DNA of 32,000 bases from Pseudomonas phage JM2, in the sequence record PP944331.1; one strand, given 5' to 3'. The translations under genes and the position numbers were made by a program. This document shows positions 25,421 to 32,000 of this stretch, in pieces. The notes beneath the pieces are model-generated. The model had not been told where the DNA came from. It saw only the letters and a list, made by a program, of their open reading frames with translations, and made no database searches. How positions within the stretch are numbered: position 1 is the first letter of the stretch; each line of letters opens with the position of its first letter.

Positions 25421-27832
25421 ATGGCGGAACTGCCGAAACACAAGACCAAGGACGCAATCGACTTCCTGAAGAAGTGGTGCCCGGAGGGGCCGTGGGTCCT
25501 GACGGCCATCATCCCGGACGGGAAAACGGAGACGGTCACATTCATGCCCGACCGCTGGCAGAAAGCCGCGGAGTGGATCGAAGGGCACCAGGGCAAGCGC
25601 AACCTGTACTTCCACGTGAACCCGGTCCGCCGGGCGATGGACGTGAAAGCCTCGAAGGAGGACATGGCCCGCCTCGCCTGGCTTCACGTGGACATCGACC
25701 CGCGAGCCGGGGAGGACTTCGAGGAGGAGCGGGCGCGGGCGCTGAAGCTGCTCCAGTCCTACACGCCCAAGCCCACGGTCATCATCGACTCGGGCGGGGG
25801 CTATCAGGGCTTTTGGCGTCTGAACCCGTCCGACAAGCTGGACATCGCCGGATCGGTGGCGAAGGCTCAAGAGCTGGAAGCCTACAACATCCAGCTGGAG
25901 AAGGTGTTTCAGGCGGACCACTGCCACAACGTGGACCGCATCATGCGCCTCCCGGGCACGATCAACATGCCCACCGCGAAGAAGGTCAAGAAGGGTCGCC
26001 AGCCGACCCTCGCCCGTCTCGTGGAGTGGAATGAGGCCAGCTATCCCATCGAACAATTCACCCCCGCGGTTCGAGTTCAGATGGCGGAGCAGGGCCTGGC
26101 CGGGGGCCGTCCGAAGGTGAAGATCACGGGCAACGTCCCGGACATCGGGACGGAGGAGCTGCGGGAGTGGGCCCATGAGCACGGGAAGGCTATCAGCGAC
26201 CACGTGCTGGCGCTGATCGCTACCGGGCAGGACCCGCTGGACCCGACCAAGTACCCCTCCCGGTCGGAGGCCCTGTTCAAGGTCTGCTGCGACCTCGTGC
26301 GGGCGGAGGTCCCTGATGAAATGATCTTCGCGGTGATCACGGGCTCCAACGAAATCGCCGCGAGCGTCAGAGACAAGCCGAACTGGGAAGGCTACGCCCT
26401 GCGGCAGATCGAACGTGCCCACGAGGAGGCGGTGGACCCTTGGCTGCGCAAGCTCAACGAGAAGCACGCCGTCATCGCAGACATCGGCGGGAAGTGCCGC
26501 ATCATCAGCGAGGTCTGGGACCCGGCGATGAAGCGGACCAAAATCAGCAAGCAGTCCTTCGAGGACTTCCGCAACCGCTACCGCCACATCAAGGTAGTGG
26601 TTGGGCACTCGGAGGAGGGCAAGCCCATCGAGAAGGCCGCGGGAGCCTTCTGGATTGATCACCCCCAACGCCGCCAATATGAGACCATCGTGTTTGCCCC
26701 CGGCCAGGAGGTCGAAGAAGCCTACAACCTCTGGCGCGGGTTCGCGTGCGACTCCCTCCCGGGCGAGAAGCACATGCCCTTCCTGAACCACATCCGCGAC
26801 AACGTCTGCTCAGGGAACCCGGAGCACTACCACTACTTGGTCGGGTGGATGGCGCGGATGGTCCAGCACCCGGACGGCCCGGGCGAAGTGGCCGTGGTCC
26901 TCCGCGGTCGCCGTGGCACCGGCAAGTCCTTCTTCGCCAAGGTCCTGGGCGCGATGTTCGGGCGTCACTACCTCCAAGTCAGCGACTCGAAGCACCTGGT
27001 GGGCTCCTTCAACGCCCACCTCCGCGATACCGTCCTGCTGTTCGGTGATGAGGCTTTCTTCGCCGGGGACAAGAAGCACGAAAGCGTGCTCAAGACCCTC
27101 GTGACCGAAGAACACCTGGTGATCGAGGGCAAGGGCGTGGATGCGGAAGCGGCCCCGAACTATGTTCACCTGGTCCTCGCCTCGAACGAAGATTGGGTGG
27201 TGCCCGCGGGTCTGGATGAACGCCGGTTCTTCGTCATGGAGGTGGGCGAGGGCCACAAGCAGGACCACGCCTATTTCAAGCGCATCAAGGACGATCTGGA
27301 CAACGGAGGACTTGAGCACCTGCTCCACTTCCTCCTGACCTATGACCTGAGCGCCTTCGAGGTTCGCCAGGTCCCCCAGACCCGGGCGCTGCAGGACCAG
27401 AAGATCATGAGCATGTCGCCGGAAACCCAGTGGATGTATGAGAAGCTGTGGGAAGGCCGGTTGCTCAAGACCGACCAGGACTGGCGGAACAAGGTGGTCA
27501 AGGACAGCTTGTATGACGACTACGTGAACGACCTCCGCGACCAGGGCCGGAACTTCCGCATGAGTCGCACCGGCTTCGGCAAGTTCCTCTCACGGGCCTT
27601 CCCGGACGGCTGGCCGCAGTCGAAGCAGGAAATGGCGGAGGTTCCCTGGACCAATGAGCACGGCTTCGAGGTGATGATCAAGAAGCGCGTGTACATGTAC
27701 CACCTCCCGCCGCTGGAGCAGGTCCGGGCGCACTGGGACAAGAACTTTGGCGGCCCGTTCGATTGGCCCAAGGTCGAACCGACCCAGGAGCCTCTGAAGG
27801 ACGGCCCGAAGTCGGACAAGCCGCCATTCTGA
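25421..27832 (+). CDS. Primase-helicase: PrimPol/RepB-like N-terminus with SF3/D5-like helicase
   Basis: LAWLHVDIDPRAGEDF, VIIDSGGGYQGFWRL; LRGRRGTGKSFFAKVLGAMFG, LLFGDEAFFAGDKKHESVLKTLVTE, HLVLASNEDWVVPAGLDERRFFV. Confidence 0.85.
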   Translation: MAELPKHKTKDAIDFLKKWCPEGPWVLTAIIPDGKTETVTFMPDRWQKAAEWIEGHQGKRNLYFHVNPVRRAMDVKASKEDMARLAWLHVDIDPRAGEDFEEERARALKLLQSYTPKPTVIIDSGGGYQGFWRLNPSDKLDIAGSVAKAQELEAYNIQLEKVFQADHCHNVDRIMRLPGTINMPTAKKVKKGRQPTLARLVEWNEASYPIEQFTPAVRVQMAEQGLAGGRPKVKITGNVPDIGTEELREWAHEHGKAISDHVLALIATGQDPLDPTKYPSRSEALFKVCCDLVRAEVPDEMIFAVITGSNEIAASVRDKPNWEGYALRQIERAHEEAVDPWLRKLNEKHAVIADIGGKCRIISEVWDPAMKRTKISKQSFEDFRNRYRHIKVVVGHSEEGKPIEKAAGAFWIDHPQRRQYETIVFAPGQEVEEAYNLWRGFACDSLPGEKHMPFLNHIRDNVCSGNPEHYHYLVGWMARMVQHPDGPGEVAVVLRGRRGTGKSFFAKVLGAMFGRHYLQVSDSKHLVGSFNAHLRDTVLLFGDEAFFAGDKKHESVLKTLVTEEHLVIEGKGVDAEAAPNYVHLVLASNEDWVVPAGLDERRFFVMEVGEGHKQDHAYFKRIKDDLDNGGLEHLLHFLLTYDLSAFEVRQVPQTRALQDQKIMSMSPETQWMYEKLWEGRLLKTDQDWRNKVVKDSLYDDYVNDLRDQGRNFRMSRTGFGKFLSRAFPDGWPQSKQEMAEVPWTNEHGFEVMIKKRVYMYHLPPLEQVRAHWDKNFGGPFDWPKVEPTQEPLKDGPKSDKPPF

Positions 27833-27842
27833 GGACGCCCCC

Positions 27843-28058
27843 ATGAGCGACACGCTGGAAGCGACGAAGCGGGAGCTGGAGGGGGCGGGGATCGCCTACA
27901 CGGTGGAGCTGGGCCGGAGACACTACAAGGTCCGCTTCACCGTGAGGGGGAAGCCCCTGATGGTGACTTGCTCGCGGACTTCCTCCGACCACCGCGCGGC
28001 CCTCAACGCCCGCCTTCAGGTCCGGCGGGAAATCCGCCGTGCGCTGGATTTGACCTGA
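27843..28058 (+). CDS. Small phage protein of unknown function
   Basis: 71 aa MSDTLEATKRELEGAGIAYTVELGRRHYKVRFTVRGKPLMVTCSRTSSDHRAALNARLQVRREIRRALDLT. Confidence 0.6.
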   Translation: MSDTLEATKRELEGAGIAYTVELGRRHYKVRFTVRGKPLMVTCSRTSSDHRAALNARLQVRREIRRALDLT

Positions 28059-28063
28059 ATCGC

Positions 28064-28092
28064 TTTACTTCTTCGGATTGACCCACTATACT
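28064..28092 (+). promoter_or_regulatory. Phage promoter-like element (copy 4)
   Basis: TTTACT-17 nt-TATACT: tttacttcttcggattgacccactatacttcttcacacg. Confidence 0.75.
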
Positions 28093-28111
28093 TCTTCACA
28101 CGAGTTGAGAA

Positions 28112-28333
28112 ATGAACCAACCCCAAATACAGACACAGCGGTTCGAGATTGGAAAGGAGCTGACCCTTCATGAACTACAAGAAGCCTTCCGCCGCATATA
28201 CGGGCACCCAATACCGCGCGGCGCAAAACCTCAAGAAGTCGCACGAGGACTTGCTGCGCGAAGCCCGTTGCGATTCGAGTTTGAAGTCAATCGCCTTCGG
28301 GGCTATGCGTGGGACGCTGACGAGGTTGTGTGA
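28112..28333 (+). CDS. Small phage protein of unknown function
   Basis: 73 aa MNQPQIQTQRFEIGKELTLHELQEAFRRIYGHPIPRGAKPQEVARGL..., first gene after promoter copy 4. Confidence 0.55.
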   Translation: MNQPQIQTQRFEIGKELTLHELQEAFRRIYGHPIPRGAKPQEVARGLAARSPLRFEFEVNRLRGYAWDADEVV

Positions 28334-28535
28334 CCACGCCCGCTGGGCTGCTCCGCTCGCCTTCGCCGTCCTGCTGCTCTGGGGCCTGGCGGGGGCCTTT
28401 GCGGACTATCTGGACCGCCCGGAGGTTCATATCAGCTACCTGACCCGGGAGTGTGTGCGCGTGGTGAACGCGGACGGCTCCCCCGGATCGTGTGGAGCCC
28501 TCCCGGACCGCTATGAGCGAGTGTGGGTGGAGTAA
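28305..28535 (+). CDS. Small single-TM phage protein with Cys pair
   Basis: HARWAAPLAFAVLLLWGLAGAFADYLDRPEVHISYLTRECVRVVNADGSPGSCGALPDRYERVWVE. Start uncertain (ATG 28305 or TTG 28326). Confidence 0.5.
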   Translation: MRGTLTRLCDHARWAAPLAFAVLLLWGLAGAFADYLDRPEVHISYLTRECVRVVNADGSPGSCGALPDRYERVWVE

Positions 28536-28573
28536 GATTCTGTTTCAACAACCCTGAGAAAAGGAGTCACAAC

Positions 28574-29752
28574 GTGATCATCTTCCGCAACAAGGGCGTC
28601 ATCGACCCCAAGTCCATCACCACCTTCGGGGTCAGCTCGAAGGAGAACCCCGGGGCCATCGGCTTCTTCGGGACCGGCCTCAAGTACGCCATCGCCATCC
28701 TCCTCCGCGAGGGCTGCGACATCACCATTCACGCCGGGAAGCGCAAGCTGGAGTTCGGCATCAAGCGGGATCGCGTCCGGGTCGATGACTTCAACGTGGT
28801 CACGATGAACAACCGCCGTCTGGGCTTCACCACGGAGGTCGGCAAGACCTGGGAAGTGTGGCAAGCCTTCCGCGAGCTGTATTGCAACACGATGGACGAA
28901 CGGGGCGAAGTGTTCGAGGCCAGCGAGGTCCCGGAAGTCGCCGCGGACGAAACCGTGATTGTGGTCCGGGGCGAGAAGTTCCTGGATGTCTGGGCCTCCC
29001 GCTCCGACATCATCCTGTCCAGCGAGCCTCTGGAGCGCCACGAGGCCGTCCACATCCATCCCGGCCCGTCTCACTTCGTGTACTACCGGGGCGTGCGAGC
29101 CTACCGGCTGGACAACCCATCGCAGTTCACCTACAACATCCAGAAGAAGGTGGACCTGACGGAGGATCGGACCATCAAGTGGTCCTGGGACATCAGCTCC
29201 GCCGTCCGTCGCGGGCTCTGCGAGTCCCAACAGGCTCCCCTGATCAAGAAAGCCGTCACCGCGCCCAAGGCGACCTTCGAGCATGCGCTGGAGTTCGAGG
29301 GCGTGGAGCCGTCCAAGCCCTTCCTGGCGACCGTCTCCGAACTCGCCCGCAGCTTCGACTCCTCGCTGTCCCGCTCCGCGCTGAAGGCTTCGCAGGTCTG
29401 GATCATGGACCAGCTCCACGAGGAGGCGACCCCGATGCGCCTGAGCGAGCTGGAACTGACCCGGCTGGAGAAGGCCGCGGGCTTCTGCGAGCGGCTGGGC
29501 TTCGCCGTCCAGGACTACCCGATCATTGTCAGCGAGTTCCTGGGCGAGGAAGTCCTGGGCCGGGCGCATGAGGGCAAAATCTACATCAGCAAGCGCACCT
29601 TGATGATGGGGACCAAGATGCTGGCCGGGACGCTGATTGAGGAGTTCATCCACCTCCGCCACCAGCTGTACGATGAAACCCGCACCATGCAGAACTTCCT
29701 GATGGACACCATCGTGTCCTTGGGCGAACAGATCACCGGAGAACCGCTATGA
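28574..29752 (+). CDS. GHKL-like ATP-binding phage protein with C-terminal EExxHxxxH segment
   Basis: GTG at 28574 preceded by AAAGGAG. FGVSSKENPGAIGFFGTGLKYAIAILLREG (G-box-like), WEVWQAFRELYCNTMDERG (N-box-like), GTLIEEFIHLRHQLYDETR. Confidence 0.55.
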   Translation: MIIFRNKGVIDPKSITTFGVSSKENPGAIGFFGTGLKYAIAILLREGCDITIHAGKRKLEFGIKRDRVRVDDFNVVTMNNRRLGFTTEVGKTWEVWQAFRELYCNTMDERGEVFEASEVPEVAADETVIVVRGEKFLDVWASRSDIILSSEPLERHEAVHIHPGPSHFVYYRGVRAYRLDNPSQFTYNIQKKVDLTEDRTIKWSWDISSAVRRGLCESQQAPLIKKAVTAPKATFEHALEFEGVEPSKPFLATVSELARSFDSSLSRSALKASQVWIMDQLHEEATPMRLSELELTRLEKAAGFCERLGFAVQDYPIIVSEFLGEEVLGRAHEGKIYISKRTLMMGTKMLAGTLIEEFIHLRHQLYDETRTMQNFLMDTIVSLGEQITGEPL

Positions 29753-30090
29753 GCCGCAAGACCACCATCCGTCTCACCGGAGACGCCCTGACCGCCGCCC
29801 GGGCCGTCCACGGCATCCACCAACAAGCCCACGCCCAGAAGGCGGAGCTGGAACGCGAGTTTCAGGAGCGGCTGAACGAACTCGGGCGGGACGCCCAGGA
29901 GCAGATGAGCCGGGCCTGGCCGGTGCTCATGAACGCCGCGGACCTCCCGATGGAGGAGCTGGGGGAGTGGGAGCTGGACGCGAGCTATCTGGACGACCAC
30001 GGCTGCGCCTTCCTGAGCAAGCGCGAGGCGGAGGACGCCCGCCCCTCCTTGGGCGACCTCCTCCAGTCCATGACGGCCTCGAAGCACTGA
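29749..30090 (+). CDS. Small phage protein of unknown function
   Basis: 113 aa MSRKTTIRLTGDALTAARAVHGIHQQAHAQKAELEREFQERL..., ATGA overlap with upstream gene. Confidence 0.6.
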   Translation: MSRKTTIRLTGDALTAARAVHGIHQQAHAQKAELEREFQERLNELGRDAQEQMSRAWPVLMNAADLPMEELGEWELDASYLDDHGCAFLSKREAEDARPSLGDLLQSMTASKH

Positions 30091-30094
30091 CCAC

Positions 30095-30123
30095 TTTACT
30101 TCTTCGGGGTCCGTGACTATACT
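30095..30123 (+). promoter_or_regulatory. Phage promoter-like element (copy 5)
   Basis: TTTACT-17 nt-TATACT: tttacttcttcggggtccgtgactatactttcttcactg. Confidence 0.7.
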
Positions 30124-30157
30124 TTCTTCACTGACCCCGAACCGAAGGAGCCCGATC

Positions 30158-30427
30158 ATGAGACTGATGACCCTCGCCCTGGCCGTCCTTCTGCCGCTCG
30201 CCACGCAGGCGCAAGCGGAGGATCGCCCCCTGTACTCTGCCCAGGAGACGGTCCGCCGGGCGCAGGTCGGCAGCTTCTCGCCCCGTCTCGCCCCGCCGGT
30301 CCGCGTCACCGTACCGGCGGAGGCAGGAAAGCCGGACCCGTCCCGGTTTGAGCGCCTGGAGTGCCGCCAAGACCCGTCGCGGCCCCTGGGCAAGACTATT
30401 GTTTGCGAACCTCGGAGAACCAACTGA
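30158..30427 (+). CDS. Small secreted/periplasmic phage protein
   Basis: MRLMTLALAVLLPLATQAQAEDRP... signal-peptide-like N-terminus. Confidence 0.55.
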   Translation: MRLMTLALAVLLPLATQAQAEDRPLYSAQETVRRAQVGSFSPRLAPPVRVTVPAEAGKPDPSRFERLECRQDPSRPLGKTIVCEPRRTN

Positions 30428-30429
30428 AT

Positions 30430-31035
30430 ATGGAAACCCAAGAATCAATCACCCGCTGGGCTGACGACACCTTCGGCCCGAAGCACCCCGCGGAAGTCGC
30501 CGCGCGGATGAACGTGGAGGTGGCGGAGCTGGTCGCGGGCCTCGCTACCGTCGCCGCCGTCCCGGTCGCGGACATGGACCAGGAGTTGGTCCAGGAACTC
30601 CAGAAGGAGTGCGCGGACGTGTTCATCATGCTCGCCCAGGTCGCGGAGAAGCTGAACGTGGACCTCCAGACCGTGGTGGACTACAAGATGAGCGTGAACC
30701 GCAACCGCGCCTGGGGACGGAGCCCGACCGGGAAGATGCAGCACGTGGAAACCTTCCTGGACCCCGGAAGCGGTCTGGAAATGGAGTTGGACAAGTTCTA
30801 CATCATCAGCGACTCCGGCAGCTTCTTCACGGCGCAGGGTTTCGACTCCGCCGATCAAGCCCTGAACTGGGCTCAATCCGCGGACGGGATCGCCGCCGGG
30901 GCGCAGGACGCCGTGGTGCCGACCTTCCGGGCCGGGGGCTTCTTCGAGGGCCAGGACGGCGTGAACATCTACCTGGGCCGCGAGCTGCGTGCCTTCTGGA
31001 AAGCCAACCCCCTGTGCGAAGGAGAACCGGCATGA
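30430..31035 (+). CDS. MazG-like nucleotide pyrophosphohydrolase-domain protein
   Basis: ITRWADDTFGP...RMNVEVAELVAGL...ELQKECADVFIMLAQVAEKLNVDLQTVVDYKMSVNRNRAWGRSPTGKMQHVE. Confidence 0.65.
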   Translation: METQESITRWADDTFGPKHPAEVAARMNVEVAELVAGLATVAAVPVADMDQELVQELQKECADVFIMLAQVAEKLNVDLQTVVDYKMSVNRNRAWGRSPTGKMQHVETFLDPGSGLEMELDKFYIISDSGSFFTAQGFDSADQALNWAQSADGIAAGAQDAVVPTFRAGGFFEGQDGVNIYLGRELRAFWKANPLCEGEPA

Positions 31036-31508
31036 CCACTACCATCCAGGGCGTCCAGGCCCGCCTCGGGCGCAACCCGGAGGACCCCCGCAAGTACCAA
31101 GTGACGGTCCTCGTGTACAGCCAGAAGCGCCCCGGCTTGAAGTCCTCCACGGACATCGACCCGGGCCAGTGCGCGAGCCAGCAGCACCTCCTCCAGCTGA
31201 TCGGGACGGCGGGAGCCGCTTGCGCGGAGTACCTGGGCAACAACTACGGGGACAACATCGACCCCGTGGCCGCGTCCCGGGACGCCATCCGCGCCTTCGG
31301 GGAGGAGTGCCGGCTGATGGCGGAACTCGCCAAGGACGTACCCGCGAAGCTGAAGCGCCTCGAAAGCAACGTGGCGAAGCTGTCCAACGAGAACCAGGAA
31401 CAGTTGCGCCGCCTGCGCTACCTCGTGGACCACCAGGAACAGCTCCTGCCCAAGGAGGTCGCGTGGCTGAATCAGCGCCTCGGGGAACTCCACGGAGGTC
31501 AGCTGTGA
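31032..31508 (+). CDS. Phage protein of unknown function
   Basis: 158 aa MTTTIQGVQARLGRNPEDPRKYQVTVLVYSQKRPGLKSSTDIDPGQCASQQHLL..., ATGA overlap with upstream gene. Confidence 0.6.
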   Translation: MTTTIQGVQARLGRNPEDPRKYQVTVLVYSQKRPGLKSSTDIDPGQCASQQHLLQLIGTAGAACAEYLGNNYGDNIDPVAASRDAIRAFGEECRLMAELAKDVPAKLKRLESNVAKLSNENQEQLRRLRYLVDHQEQLLPKEVAWLNQRLGELHGGQL

Positions 31509-31834
31509 AAGACCTGGACGAAGCGGCCCTGGCCGTTCTGTTCGAGGAGTACCGGCAACGCCTTCCGGTCGCGGACTGGGAGGAGTTCCTGGTCATCGCC
31601 CGGGGCGTCCTTGCCTCGGAGCGGGTCCGGTGCCGAGTCCAGCGCCGGGAGTATTTTGTGGAGGACTACCTGGAAGCCGATCTGCGCCGCCATTTTGACA
31701 CGCTGGCGCATCGTTTCGGATCGCCCGCCCTGGCGATTCCCGGACCGCGACCGCTCCAGCTGAAGGAACTCCCGTGGTGGAGACGCCGGGCGCTGCTCGC
31801 CCTCCTCCCGAAGCCGGATGACGACAAACCCTGA
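31505..31834 (+). CDS. Phage protein of unknown function
   Basis: GTG at 31505 overlapping the upstream stop, VKDLDEAALAVLFEEYRQRLPVADWEEFLVIARG... Confidence 0.5.
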   Translation: MKDLDEAALAVLFEEYRQRLPVADWEEFLVIARGVLASERVRCRVQRREYFVEDYLEADLRRHFDTLAHRFGSPALAIPGPRPLQLKELPWWRRRALLALLPKPDDDKP

Positions 31835-31852
31835 TCAACACGGAGACAATTG

Positions 31853-32000
31853 ATGATCGAGACGAACAACCCGGGCCATGGCTTCTTCGGAACCTACGCC
31901 CTGAAGAAGGGCGAGGAGGCAGCGCGCAAGGCTTGGGCCGTGGCCTTCGAGGCGATTGCCGCCGCCGTACCCTCCGCGAAGCCGGAGGAGGTCCGCAACT
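31853..32000 (+). CDS. Phage protein, truncated at window end
   Basis: ATG at 31853, MIETNNPGHGFFGTYALKKGEEAARKAWAVAFEAIAAAVPSAKPEEVRN, open to the edge. Confidence 0.4.
   Translation, partial: MIETNNPGHGFFGTYALKKGEEAARKAWAVAFEAIAAAVPSAKPEEVRN

Noticed and set aside
28170-28304. N-terminal part of the 28170..28535 ORF (MNYKKPSAAYTGTQYRAAQNLKKSHEDLL...)
   Set aside because: Would overlap almost the whole 28112-28333 gene; a later start (28305 or 28326) is more economical, although dual coding cannot be ruled out without comparison to relatives.

Overview
This window is a contiguous piece of a GC-rich tailed-phage genome (possibly a prophage or provirus). Every supportable gene is on the + strand, packed with many ATGA or short overlaps. 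From left to right it contains: (i) the end of a siphovirus-like tail-tip module (~1-5240); (ii) a small membrane protein (holin candidate) and a non-coding, partly AT-rich region with iteron-like repeats (~5240-6078); (iii) SNF2-type helicase, a possible ssDNA-binding protein, a RecD/Dda-like helicase and a class II-like ribonucleotide reductase (6079-12899); (iv) a compact set resembling a thymidine hypermodification pathway: two different aGPT-PPlase-type proteins, a fold-type-II PLP enzyme, a radical SAM protein, a P-loop 5-hmdU DNA kinase-like protein, an Nmad5-like protein and a dUMP hydroxymethylase/thymidylate synthase-like enzyme (14012-20606); (v) HD hydrolase, DUF3310, family A DNA polymerase, dCMP deaminase, VRR-NUC-like nuclease, double-HTH protein and PrimPol-like/SF3 helicase (20599-27832); (vi) small genes, a phage protein with an apparently rearranged GHKL-like motif order, and a MazG-like protein (27843-32000). 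Five near-identical promoter-like elements (TTTACTTCTTCGG ... TATACTTCTTCA, exactly 17 nt between hexamers) lie before gene clusters in the replication and modification regions. The strongest candidates for follow-up are the DNA hypermodification cluster, the repeated promoter class, the GHKL-like protein, a Trp-rich micro-ORF, and the structured or repeat-rich non-coding DNA at 5240-6078. All family calls come from motif recognition by eye; no database search was run.
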